Shown here: one piece after another, positions 51,681 to 64,000 of the stretch
How positions within the stretch are numbered: position 1 is the stretch's first letter
Layout: each line of letters starts with the position of its first letter
Assembly (NCBI GenBank): GCA_034780895.1
Contig: JAUZTB010000070.1
Coordinates: 15,988,482-16,052,481, forward strand
DNA: 64,000 bases
Direction: 5' to 3'
Origin: Rhynchobatus australiae
Lineage: Eukaryota
The notes under the pieces: generated by a model
Databases searched by the model: none
What the model saw: the letters and a program-made list of their open reading frames with translations, nothing else
Told to the model about the DNA's origin: nothing
Program-made: the position numbers and the translations under genes

Positions 51681-52555
51681 TAGATCACTACAGGCCGGAT
51701 ACAGGCCCTTTGGCCCAACAAGTCCATGCCAACCACGGTGCCCACCCAGCTAGTCCCAATTTCTTGGCCCATATCCCTAAGCCCCACTTTTCCATGTGCC
51801 TATCCAAGTGCTTCTTAAATGATACCATCGTGCCTGCCTCAACACTTCCTCTGGCAGCTGCTTCCATATGCTCACCACCCTCTGCATGAAAAAGTTGCCC
51901 CTCAGGTCCCTGTTAAATCTTTCCCCTCTGACCCTAAATCTATGCCCCCTAGTCTTGGGCTCCCCTACACTGAGGAAAAGATTGTTATCCACCTCATCTA
52001 TGCCTCTCATAATTTTAAACATTTCTGTAAGGTTACCTTTCATTCTCCTATGTTCCAAGGAATAACCTGGCCAACCTCTCCCTACGACTCAGGCCCTCTA
52101 GTCCTGACAACATCCTCGTAAATCTTTTTGGCACTCCGTCCAGTTTAACCACCTACAACAGAGTGATCAAAACTGTACACAGTACTCCAAGTGGGGCTTC
52201 ACCAACAACTTATACAATTGCAACATAATGTCCCAATTCTGATACTCAGTGCCCTTACTGATGAAAGCCAGCATGCCAAACACCTTTTTCACCACCCTGT
52301 CTACCTGTGATGCCACTTTCAATGAACTATGCACTTGTATTCCAAGGTCCCTCCATCCCATTACACTCCCTGGTGCCCTACCATTCATAGTATAAGCCCT
52401 ATGCTGGTTTGACTTTCCAAAGTGCATCACCTCACACTTATCTGTATTGAAATCCATTTGCCGCTCCTCAGCCCACTATCCTAACTGATCAACCCCCCGT
52501 AATCTACGATAACCTTCTTCACCATCAACAACACCTCCTAATTTCTTGTCATCAG
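51681..52555 (-). mobile_element. CR1 LINE 3' portion, tail-to-tail with the previous copy
   Basis: Minus-strand ORFs FNTDKCEVMHFG...DLGIQVHSSLK...LYKLLVKPHLEYCVQF and FNRDLRGNFFMQRVVSIW. Confidence 0.85.
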
Positions 52556-52734
52556 GAGATCACAAAAGGAGCAGAAGCAGGTCATTCGGCCCATTGAGTC
52601 TGCCCCACCACTTCACCATGAGCTAAACTAAACAATGGAACTGATATGATTTCTGTGCTGTATAACTCTATGACTCTAAAAAAATGACTCTGCTTCCACA
52701 GCTCTCTGCTGGATGGAATTCCAAAGACTCTCAG

Positions 52735-53252
52735 TCATAGAGTCGTGCAGCACGGAAAAAGGCCCTTCCGCCCATTTGTGTCCATGCCAACCAAGATGTA
52801 TATTCAAGCTAATCCCATTTCCCAGCATTTGGCCCATATGCCCCCAAATTCTTGTCGTCCATATACCTGTGCACAGACTTCTTAAATGCATCTAACCACT
52901 TCCTCTGGCAGCTGGTTCCACATATCTACCACCCACTGTGTAAAAAATGTTGCTCCTCAGGTTCTTATTAAACCTTTCACCTATAACCTTAAAACTACCT
53001 CCTCTAGTTTTCAATTCCCTGGAAAAAAAGACCACTCACCCTATCTATCCCCCTCATGATTTTATATATCTCTTTGAGATCACCCCTCAGTCTCCTACGC
53101 TCTATGGAGTAAAGACACAGCCTGTCTAACCTCTCCTTATAACTCAACCCCTCCCTTGAGTCCTGGCCACATCGTTGTAAATCTTTTTTGCACTTTTTCC
53201 AGTGTAATCATATCTTTCCTATAACAGGGGGACCAAAACTGAACACAATACG
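52735..53252 (-). mobile_element. CR1 LINE 3' fragment
   Basis: Same 3' motifs as 51681-52555; runs into the gap at 53253. Confidence 0.7.
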
Positions 53253-53540
53253 NNNNNNNNNNNNNNNNNNNNNNNNNNNNNNNNNNNNNNNNNNNNNNNN
53301 NNNNNNNNNNNNNNNNNNNNNNNNNNNNNNNNNNNNNNNNNNNNNNNNNNNNCCCCCCCCACCCTCACCCCGCCTTTCCCCCCACCCTCACCCCTCCTTT
53401 CCCCCCACCCTCACCCCTCCTTTTCCCCCTCTCTCCATTTTCTCCCCTCCCCATGTCCCCTTTTTCATTTCCCTTTGTCCCAGATCTCCAGCCGTCTGGC
53501 CTCGGCCCCTGACCCAGGTTTGTGTGTTTCCATCCCTCAG

Positions 53541-56500
53541 GACAGGACTGTCTCGGCTGCGCGAAAACCGGCAGTGGGAAAACAGCAGCTTTCGTTCTCC
53601 CCATCCTGCAGAAGCTGTCGGAGGATCCATATGGAATATTCTGCTTGGTGCTGGCACCGACCAGGTAGCTGTGAATTCCCCAATCCATCGCTGGGAGCCT
53701 GTCCACTACCAATCCCCTTACAGTGTGGTGAAGACAAAAAGGGACTGCAATTTCAAATATCCGGAACAAAAAATAACATGACGTTGGAAGAACTCAGTGG
53801 GTCAAGCAGATATGTGGTGGCAAAAGGTGTTAGTTGATGTTTCGTATTGAGACCCTGCATCAATTCTGATGAAATGTCTCTGATTTGAAATTAAAAACCC
53901 TGTTTCTCTTCCCACAGATGCACCCTGACCTGCCGAGTATTTCCAACAGTTTCTGTCTTTGTTTTAGCAAGCCTAATCACAGTTGCCCTTCTGCTTAGGA
54001 TTGATCAGGGGAGGTGGGAGTCTGTTGTTTCTGCCTCAGGAGTGCTGGGTACAAATTTGCTGGGGCCTTGGGCTGGTGGATAGGCAGGTCTGGGTCCTTC
54101 CCTATGGTGGTGGGTGGCTGGGAGTGCTGGGTGTCTGCTAACCAGGGAGAGTGGGTGAGGAATGATTGAAGGATGGTTGCTAGGTCCCATTAACAGTTGC
54201 TATTGTGGGAAATGCTTTCAGTCGTCAGTTAAAATTCCAGGAAAGATTCGTCCCAATATTCATTCAGTAAAGTGCTAACGTTGTCCTTTTTAAAGTGGCA
54301 AATTCTGTGGCCAGGGAGATGGTGTGGACCAGAGGTGTGAGTTTCCATTAAAGCTGACATTAACCACAATCTGCTTTGTGCTTTTTGCAGGGAGTTGGTC
54401 TATCAGATTGCAGAACAGTTCAGAGTCCTGGGGAAGCCACTGTCCTTGAAGGACTGTGTTGTTGTTGGCGGAATGGGTGAGTGTGCGACAACTGGTGTGT
54501 GTCCTGCTTTGTTTTGCTCTACTTGTCGACCACATTCCCTTACTGTCTAACCATTCCCTCCAGACATGGTCAAACAGGCCGTCGAACTTGCCAGAAAACC
54601 TCACGTTGTCATTGCAACTCCAGGCCGGCTGGCTGACCACATCCGGAGCTCCAACACTTTCAGCCTAAAGAAGATTAAGTTTCTGGTAGGTATGAGGTTG
54701 AAGGATTGTGACTGCAGATTGCCCAAGTACTGCCTGCTCTTTGATTGGGGTTAGAGCTGTCAGGGAGGGCATGTGGGCAGTTACTGGCGTCAGTGGGGAG
54801 TTGGGAGCTGGGATGGATTGCTGCTCACACTGCCACCTGCTGAGGGCCTCTAGTGGTGAAATGGATGGAGTACTGCTGGTGTTCTGATACTCAGCTGTTA
54901 ATTGGGGTCATTGATTAAATCCCAGGCTGATCTTTGCTCTCATTCCAAAGCCTGATATCAACTCAAATCACACTTCTTCACAGTCCTTAGTCAGTCCTCA
55001 ACTAAATTGGTAGTTGGTTTATTATTGTCACGTGTATTAAGAGGCAGTGAAATGCGTTGCTTTTGCATGCCATCCAGACAGATCATTGCAAACATAAATA
55101 CATTGAGGTGGTACAAAAGGGAAAAACAATAACAATGCAGAATATAGTGTTACAGTTACAGAGAAAGTGGAGGCAGACATTAAGGTGCAAGGGCCATGAT
55201 AAGGTAAACTGAGTTCATCTTTATTGTACCGGTTGAAGCTGTCCTTGAGCCCAGTCGTACATGTTTTCAAGCTTTGGTATCTTCTGCCCAATGGGAGGGG
55301 GGAGAAGGGAGAATGACTGGGGTGGGAGGGATCTTGATTATGTTGGCTGCTTTCCCAAGGCAACGAGAAGTGTAGACAAAATCAGTGGAGGGGAGGCTGG
55401 TTTTCATGATAGAATTGGCAAGTTACAATGTGAGGATAAGGTAGTGCAGGGCGTTGCCAAGACTGAGGACAGGGAGAGGGTACATGATGCTGTTTGCACT
55501 TGGTGAATTGGTTCTCTTTTGCTTGAGTAACAATTAACCTTTGATCTAGGTATTGGACGAAGCTGATCGGTTGTTGGAGCAAGGTTGTACTGATTTCACA
55601 CAGGACCTGGAAGTGATTCTGGGCGCGGTCCCTGCACAGCGACAGACTCTGCTGTTCAGTGCCACCCTCACCGACACCTTGCAGCAGCTCAAGGAGATTG
55701 CAATGAACAAGCCCTTCTTCTGGGAGGCAAAGACTGAGTCAGTAGAAATTCCATTTGGTTAAGATACAGTAAAGCCCCCTCAACACTGTCTCACCAAACA
55801 TTTCCAGGGCAGGGAGAGCACAGATTAACTACAAAGAAAAGTTTCCTTACAATGTCCTCTGCTTCATGACATGTTGGTGTCTTGCATAACTTGCTGTTTG
55901 ACCGAATCTAGCAGAGTTTATGGTGCCCTTTCAGGTTGGGTGATGGAGATCCAGAGAATTTTGTCTGACCAGTCTAGGGTTATTATAACGCTGGAGATTT
56001 CCTCCAGACATGATGTTCCTGGGTGGATAGAGGTTGCAGGGAATATGGCCTGGGTATAGGGAGTGGGAGAGTTGCTGGGATGGGGCTGCGGAAAAGGGGG
56101 GAGGTTTTGCACCATTTGACACATCTAACCCTCACCTCCTCTGCTTTGTGCCCAGAGTTCGCACAGTGGCAGAGCTTGAACAGCGATACCTCCTGATGCC
56201 AGAGCGGGTGAAGGAAGCTTACCTTGTGCACATTGTCCAGAAGTTCTATGATGAACACGAGGACTGGTCCATTATTATTTTCACAAGCACATGCAAGTGA
56301 GTCCCATAAATGCTGGTACATGCACAGATGTGTGACTGTCAGAGACTGGGTAGAAGGTGGTGAGGAGTCCTCAGTAGATTACACTCAGCAGCCTCTGTGT
56401 TTCCAGCTCTAATTACCACTCCTGCTTTGCAGAATGTGCCAGGTTCTGACCATGATGCTGCGGAAATTCAACTTCCCATGTGGAGCGCTTCACTCTATGA

Positions 56501-59455
56501 TGAAGCAGGTGAGTTAGAGATTGTAATATGCTAATCCCGGGTGATTCCCTCTCTAGTGTCCAATTAAACACTCCCAGGGCATTTGCAGCACAGTAGATAC
56601 AAAGTGAAGTCTGCTCTACACTCTTGTTTCAGATGCTCTTAGGGGAGGGACAGCAAGGGTTTAGATACAGAGTGATGCTCCCTCTATGCTGAATGGAGGC
56701 CACTTGTCTCTGGTCAAGGACACTGATGCAGGAATACCTTAAGGCATTGTCTGAGTCCAGCAACCTTAATCTCCTTCATCAATAGCATTCCTCCATCTTA
56801 AGGTCAGAAGTAAGGATGTTTGTTGAAGATGAGGTAAAATGTGCATACAATTACTTAGGAAAATGAGGCAGATCTAAACAAGACCTGAATACCATTTGGG
56901 CTAAAATGTCAGATAATGTTTTCAAATAAAAATATCAAGTAATGACCATCTTCAACAAGCAAGAGTATAGAGCCACCTTGACATTCAAAGACATTGCCAC
57001 CAGTGAGACCCACCATCAGCATCACTGGGGGTTGCATAACTGGAGCTGCCATACATGCTGTAGCTGCAAGAGCAAGTCGGAGACTGAGTATTCTGTGCTG
57101 AGTACACTTCACTCCCGACAACCCAAACTTTCAATCATCTGTGAAGCTCTGTTCAGGAGTTTTATGGAATACTCTCCACGTGACTGAATGAGTGTTTTCT
57201 CATTCTTTGTGGTTGGATTCAAACTATTGTGCCTGGATCAACAGTCGATGCCTTAAGATGCAGTCTGGTCACTTAACCGTAGTTACTGTACAAGGTACAC
57301 TGCAGAAGTTCTCCAGGGCTGCTTTGGCAGCACCTCCTGAACCTAGAGCAACTGGTAGATGAGAACAAGTTCTCCTTCAAGTTGCACGCTACCTTATCTG
57401 CTGTTTCTTCCATCATTATGGAATCAGAATCCTGGAGTTTCCACCTTTCCAGTACTGCAGGGATACCTTCACCAAATGGACTGCATGGTCCACGAAGGCA
57501 ACTCGCCATTACTGCCTTGAGCAGAGTTAGAGATTGACAACAAGTGGTGGTCTTGCCAGTGATGCCCTCATCTCATGAATGAATGAAAATAGCATTGGCA
57601 AATCAAACATTTATAGGGCAGGTAAAGGAGCGCTGAGGGAAATGGCCAGGACCTTGGGTAGGTGGGTGATGTCTTGGGGATGACTAAGCTGATGTGAGCT
57701 GTGCTCTGATTGGTTGTTTTCTCCTTACAGAAGGACAGGTTTTCCACACTCTCCAAGTTCAAGTCGAGCATCTTCAAGATCCTTGTGGCCACAGATGTTG
57801 CTTCTCGGTATTGAATCCTAAGCCCAGCTCTTGTGCTGTGTGGTGGGGAGGTGGGGTTTGTCTGCACATGGGGGAGGGGGCAGGAGGTTGTGTGGCTACC
57901 ATGGTGAGAGTTCTGTTCCCTGGGCACCAGCAGCGACCAGTCACTGATGCTTGGACTCTTTCCTTGCAGAGGGCTTGATATTCCCACAGTCCAGGTCGTC
58001 ATCAACCACAACACCCCTGGGTTGCCCAAAATTTACATCCATCGGGTGGGCCGCACAGCAAGAGCAGGTACGTACAGACCCACTCCCCTGTCCATCTGTG
58101 TTCTCTGGAGGGAAATGGACAGTTGATGTTTTGAGTTAAGATTCTTCATCTGGACTGGAAAGAGGGAAGATACCTCGATATAAACATCCATTCCTCTCCC
58201 CCCACAACAGATGCTACCTGATCCGCTGAGTTCCTCCAGCAGTTTTTGTCTTGTTCCAGATTCCAGTGTCTGCAGCCTCTCATGTCTCCACCTGTACAGT
58301 TATCCTTCCCCTCGCCAGGCTGTGCTGTAATGGAGCAAAACACAAACTGCTGAAAGAACTCTTGAGTTCCAGGGTCTTGATCCAAAACATCGACCATCCT
58401 TTTGCCTCCTCCAGACACAACTTGACCCACTGGGTTCTTCCGGCAGTTTGTTTTATTTTGTTCCAGATTCCAACATCTACAGTCTGTTGTATGTTCACGC
58501 TGTAATGATTTGTTTTCCTTCTGCAGGTCGAAATGGTATCTCCATCACTCTCGTCACCCAGTATGACATTCACCTGGTTCATGCAATTGAGGAGGAAATA
58601 AGTGAGTTTAACCTGTTGGGGTGGAGCTGGTAGGGGCACTTCGGGTCTGAATATTAAACATGACTACTTTGTTAACNNNNNNNNNNNNNNNNNNNNNNNN
58701 NNNNNNNNNNNNNNNNNNNNNNNNNNNNNNNNNNNNNNNNNNNNNNNNNNNNNNNNNNNNNNNNNNNNNNNNNNNNGATCAATGGGTGACCACATGGAGA
58801 GGCATGCACATAGTGCAGGAGTTTCCTGTGGTTGAGGATGAGGTCCTGAAGATTCTTACCCACGTCAACGTAACTCGGCGCCAATGCGAGAGTGTGAGTA
58901 GTGGGAGCACCTGCTGGGGCTTTGAGTTAATGTTTAGTGAATTTGGAGGGGGCATGGGGGCTGGAGTCTTTGACTTCCACTAGGGAGCTGCATGTTCCAT
59001 AACCACGGTCACGGTCTCCCTCAGTTACCCCAGCCTGCTGCATTTCTCAATTGCTGGCTTTGATAATGAAACTGTTTGCTTCATTTGCAGGAACTTGAGT
59101 CGACTAACTTCGATGAAAAGAAAGAAATCAATAAACGGAAGCAGATGATTCTGGAAGGACGGGTAAACATTTTCAAATTTACTGTGGTGGAGCCTGTAAC
59201 ATTGGCATTTGACACCCCTCGTCTCCTACTGTTTACAGAGTTTTTTTTCTCTGTTCAAAGGACCCAGACCTGGAGGCAAAGAGGAGAAAGGAGCTAGATA
59301 AACTGAAGGAGAAGAAGCGCAAATTTCAGGAGAGAATGCATGAGACTCTAGAGCGAGAGGCTGCCGCACGACTCAAACACAGACTGCTGAAAAAGCGAAG
59401 AAAACAAGAGAAGATTGCACTGAGGGACCCTGGTCCTGGACAGGCTCAAACATAG
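53541..59455 (+). CDS. DDX49: DEAD-box RNA helicase DDX49 (Dbp8 orthologue), exons 2-13; exon 1 probably in the gap 53253-53352
   Basis: Exons 53541-53664 (AKTGSGKT motif I), 54391-54476, 54564-54685 (TPGRL), 55550-55737 (DEAD, SAT), 56156-56296, 56433-56508, 57731-57807, 57970-58067 ([16 protein letters not shown]), 58527-58601, ~58814-58893, 59091-59162 and 59261-59455 (stop TAG). Phases are consistent, and the DDX49-specific motifs [13 protein letters not shown] and [12 protein letters not shown] are present. Confidence 0.96.
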
Positions 59456-62400
59456 AATCATTTATACTTGTCATTCAAAATGGACCCATTTCATCCCATT
59501 AGTGCTATGTGGGAGTGTGCTCATACTGAAATTTCTATGCACTGTAAAATATTTGTACGTTGAAACTCCAATGCAATGTAAAATATCAGTTGAACAGACA
59601 GTGTCTGTCTCTGTTAATACTGCTTCTTGGGCTGGAGATTAAATATGGACTGGATTTTTTCCTTCAGCTCTTCCCATTTCACTGGCTAAGCTACTTGTGA
59701 GAAACACTTCTCCAATAATCCCTGCATTGAGTCAGAAAACCCTTTCTGACCCTGTCCACACCACAAAAGGGATTAGATCAGCAGATGCTCACTTCAGTGA
59801 CTAAGTTTTGTACTGTATTATAAATTTAATTGTGAAGGGGATGAATCAGTTTCATACTGTGCTGTCCTGTATGCCTTGAATCAAGAACAGTTCCTTCATG
59901 TTTGATATTGATCCTAAACAGCTGGACTATGTTATAACTCTATATTGTATACAATATACTCTATTGTATTGACAACTATAGTGTATACTCTGGAGAGAGG
60001 TGGTAACACAAGTGGCTCAGGTAATAAATCATTTTGCATTTAGCTATGACAGTAGAAGTTGTAGAGAAATTCCCTCTACCAGTTAGTGGGATCAGTGGGT
60101 AGGCAGTGATGCCAGACAATGGAAGGACTTCATTGTTGTTCAGGAAAGGAAATAAGAGTAAACCCAGCAACTTCAAGTCTGTGGCTAGGAAGTTGCTGGA
60201 AACTTTAGTAGGGACAACAACTTGAGTATTTTGTGCAGTTTTGATTTTGTTATCATAGGTGTGCAATGAAGTTACAGCCTGATTTTTAGGAATGGCAAGA
60301 CTATTAATAGTAGAGAGTGGGTCAACTAAATATGTATTTAGAAGAATGAGAAGGGATCCAATTGAAACATACACACCCCAACAGTTAGGCTGTGTGGATG
60401 CAGAGGGGATAAAGTCCCCTGCAGGTGAGGTCTCAGGATTTACAGTAAGATATGTAGTAATGATAAGGAATTTCATTAGGTGGAGACTAATGCTTTGGCA
60501 GTAGAGCTATTGGAGGCCAAGCTGTTAAATATTTGTAGCACATGAATAGATTTTTAAACCCAAAAGGCACAAAGAGTCATGGAGAAAAAGCAGGAATATG
60601 TAGAGATAATCATTGTATTGAATGGTGGAGTAGGTGAAGGGCTGGATAGCAAGGATTTATTGAAGACAAATTGTCCATAATCATAAACCATGCAGTGTTA
60701 GTATACACCGACTTAAAGATGTCAGTCAACAAAAAAGCCTATAGTGGTACAGCTAAAGGAATGAGATTTCCAGCATTCACTTTTTTGTTTCTGTGGTGAT
60801 TGTTTTCTAAGGCTACTGGAGCCACTGCTTTTTTTGATTATGGAAGCTGGAAATATGCAGATGACTAAACAGCATGATAAACAATGAGCATGGTGATAAG
60901 ACTTCAAGAAAATCTAGAAAGACTGGTACACAGATGACTGATTAAACTTAACCCCCAAAAGTATAAATTTTGGCAGATAGACAATACAACAGGCACAATT
61001 TGAAAGTGGGTGCAGGAACACAGATAAAGATGGATGTACACAAAAATCTAGGTGGCAGGTCAGACAGGCACATCAGTCCACCCAGTCCATACCAACCATC
61101 CATTTACACAAATTATGATGCTGGCAGAGAAAATAAGGATTAGTGTAGGATTGATGCAAATAAGCACTTGAAGCAGTGTGGACCTGGTAAGGCTATTTGA
61201 CTTCATGACATAATAAGCCAATGGAAATATTTTAGCCTGTCCTTGCTGATTCACTGTCAACAATTTCAATTTCTCCAGTGTTTTTGCTTGCATAGTTTGT
61301 TTGGGAGTTAGCTATAACTTTACAAGTGTCATATTTTCTGGCCACCCAGCTACATAGTCTAGTTCTAAAATATTTTTTTAAATCTACAAAAGGGATGTTG
61401 TACTTTTGAGGCATGGATTATAAAAAGCAAGATTACATTGAACGATGTTTGACAGCCACTGGAGAATTGCATGCAATTCTGGTCAACATATTAGGTTTAC
61501 AAAAGATGCAGCAAGGTCCCTGGGGACAGAGAATTCATCACTGTAGAGAGCTGGACAGGTATTTAGAACATTTATCAAATCAAGTGGATAAATAATGGTT
61601 CTCACTGATAGAAGGGTTAAGAACCAGAGTGTATACACTTAAGGCGATTGACAAAAAGAACTGGGGTGACACCGCAACTATTTTTCACACCACAAATGGT
61701 CACAACCCAGAATTTACTGATTCAGAAGATGGTGGAGTCAACCATAGCTTTCAAAAGGGAACTGAAACACAGGAGTGACTGGAATGCTGTTGCAGATTCA
61801 GTACAGGCTTGATGGCCTCCTTTGTTGTAATGATCGTAATGTTTAAAGACAGTGACCAGGCCGTGGTAGAGTAATTGGCAGTACAGGCTGTTTAGTGGAA
61901 TTCCATTTGTGGATGAAATTACATGGCAGAGGAATGTTAGAACTAACTGGAATACATGGCTAACCCACTTCCATGTAGTAGAGGAGTGCTGCACTGTCAG
62001 AGATAGCCTTAAACAAACTTTGACTTTCTGCTCAGATGGATGCAAGATATTCTGTCAGCAGAAATTAGAGCAGAAAAACATCAGCTAAAATTCATCTGGT
62101 GGGGCCATGAGCAGGATCCCTGGTCCTGGAAAAAAATGAACAGTGAAAATACCTCACTCTTGTTCCCCAGAGCCAAATTGCATATGTAGCCCAAGGCAAT
62201 GCTCTATTTCCAATAACTGCATAGAACCAAGTGTGCACAGTCTAATAGTAGCATGAATTAGAAGCATTTGGTTAAAACTAGGGCCAAAAATGCACAGTTG
62301 TAGATGTTCACAATGTGCAATTACCTTTTCAATGCCATGTCAGCACAAAAATAGCAGCCATTAACTGGGCCCATCACAGCAATCAATTACATTTTCTTTG

Positions 62401-62666
62401 CAAGTATTTCATTTACTAAACTCAACATTAGTTTCTACATACTGGAGGTTGAGAGGCTCCAGTTTTCCTACCCCTTCTCAGTTCTGGCTATTCAGTTCAA
62501 CTGAATAGCAAGTTCAGTTTTAACACCCAGTATATTATGAAACCAGAACCTTGATGAGTTGCAGGCCGCATCTGATCCAAGGGGTGCAAAGAATTCAAGG
62601 TTAGGAAGCACTATTTTCTTTTCAAGATACAAGACAAATTGAAAACAGTGTGATGCAGAGCTAAAT

Positions 62667-64000
62667 TTTATTAATGGTGCATGTTACAGAGGCAAAATAG
62701 ATTAAAATGAAAACCCAGACAGGATTAGAAAAAAACACTATTTTCCACTCAACAGATGCAGAACCAGCACCAGGTTTGCAAAGGATTTAAAATCAGAATT
62801 TCCTCTTCCTGCTATATAAAATAAAACAGCACAAAGCAGAAGTCAGTCATTGAGGGGAGGGTGAATGAAGGTGATCTCCAATAGATTCATCTTTAATGGA
62901 GGGCTCACAGCTGGATAGAATGAACTACCAGAAACAAATGCAACTATGAACTTTTAACAATTCTGCCAGGAAGCCAAAACAAAAAAAAACAAGTTTCATA
63001 AAGGAGAAGTCCCTTCAGCCAGACCCTGTGCCCTAAAACATTTCGACCATTTGACAGGAGGGCCTGCAGTGCTTGCCCCCGTCCTGAGCCCACAGTAGCT
63101 GCCATCAGACCGTTGGCCATCAGCAGGATTGGTTGCTGAGTGAGATCACTGCAGGAGGCAGAGCTGCCCAAACCTGCACTTCAAACTTGCGGCCAGTGGA
63201 CATAACCGACTAAACCCAATGCACTCCTCAGCCACAGAGCCTTAGTCTTCACATCATTGCTGTTCGTACCACAGAACTAATGGGATCGAGGCCTAGCAAA
63301 AAGGAGTTGGGCAGTGAGGGGCGAGGTCAAGTGTGGGACAGACATCACTCCCATGCAGCTGTTGCCATCAACAGATCAGAGTCCATTGAAAGCGAGACAA
63401 TGGCCCAAAGTAAAGGCCTGTGGTGACACTCAACTTACAGTTGTGCCTTTGGCAGTAAAACTGAATTTCTGGACAGCCGCAAGAGTTCTCCACATTCTGC
63501 ACACAGCACTCAGAATTAATTGGAAGGCTCCCTCGAAGAGGTGGTGATGTTCTGCAGTCAGCTTTGCCCGTACTGCCCCACCTGGTAGAATTTTTTTTGC
63601 CTGAATTTTTGTGGGACAGAATTTGTAGATTTTCTCTGTACAACAGCAACTTGGCAGTGCCACACTAGTGGCACAGAGAATAGGTCCAGGAACAATACAT
63701 TCTTTCCAGGCTGATCCAAATGCTGTTGGTGTAAAATCCCAGCATTTATTGTGTTTTAGACTGTAATCCTAAACATCATGANNNNNNNNNNNNNNNNNNN
63801 NNNNNNNNNNNNNNNNNNNNNNNNNNNNNNNNNNNNNNNNNNNNNNNNNNNNNNNNNNNNNNNNNNNNNNNNNNNNNNNNNACATCATGAGCTCAAGAGA
63901 TAATCACACACACTTTTTGCCATTAGCTATCTGCTTTCTGCTTGCGATGGAATCCTTTTTCCAGAACAGCTTTGATTTAACATGAGCTTCTGTTAGACTG
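62667..64000 (-). other. Probable 3' UTR and poly(A) site of an unidentified minus-strand gene entering from the right
   Basis: AATAAA on - at about 62667-62672, followed by repeat-free, UTR-like sequence with no recognisable ORF. Confidence 0.35.

Noticed and set aside
62944-63663. Minus-strand ORFs considered as last exons of COPE or SUGP2
   Set aside because: No recognisable similarity to either protein; left as unidentified UTR-like sequence.

Overview
Eukaryotic, intron-rich vertebrate DNA from a gapped scaffold (13 N-runs). The repeat content (HE1/V-SINE-type SINEs, CR1 and Rex1/Babar-type LINEs, Penelope-type ends) suggests a cartilaginous fish. Four spliced protein-coding genes were reconstructed by hand from splice sites and reading phase: an S100 calcium-binding protein gene (+, 6.7-10.4 kb), KXD1 (-, 13.1-19.9 kb CDS, CpG promoter near 22.8 kb), HOMER3 (-, 34.8-46.8 kb, first coding exon not seen) and DDX49 (+, 53.5-59.5 kb, exon 1 not seen). 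The probable 3' UTR of a further minus-strand gene enters at the right edge. The most unusual observations are: a lone, intact exportin-6 (XPO6)-like exon with splice sites inside HOMER3 intron 4; an S100 gene with a degenerate first EF-hand in a neighbourhood matching human 19p13.11, where I know of no S100; candidate in-frame cassette exons in HOMER3; and a head-to-head HOMER3/DDX49 layout unlike human. Assembly gaps adjoin several of these, so artefact must be excluded. All protein identifications are from recalled family sequences, not database searches.
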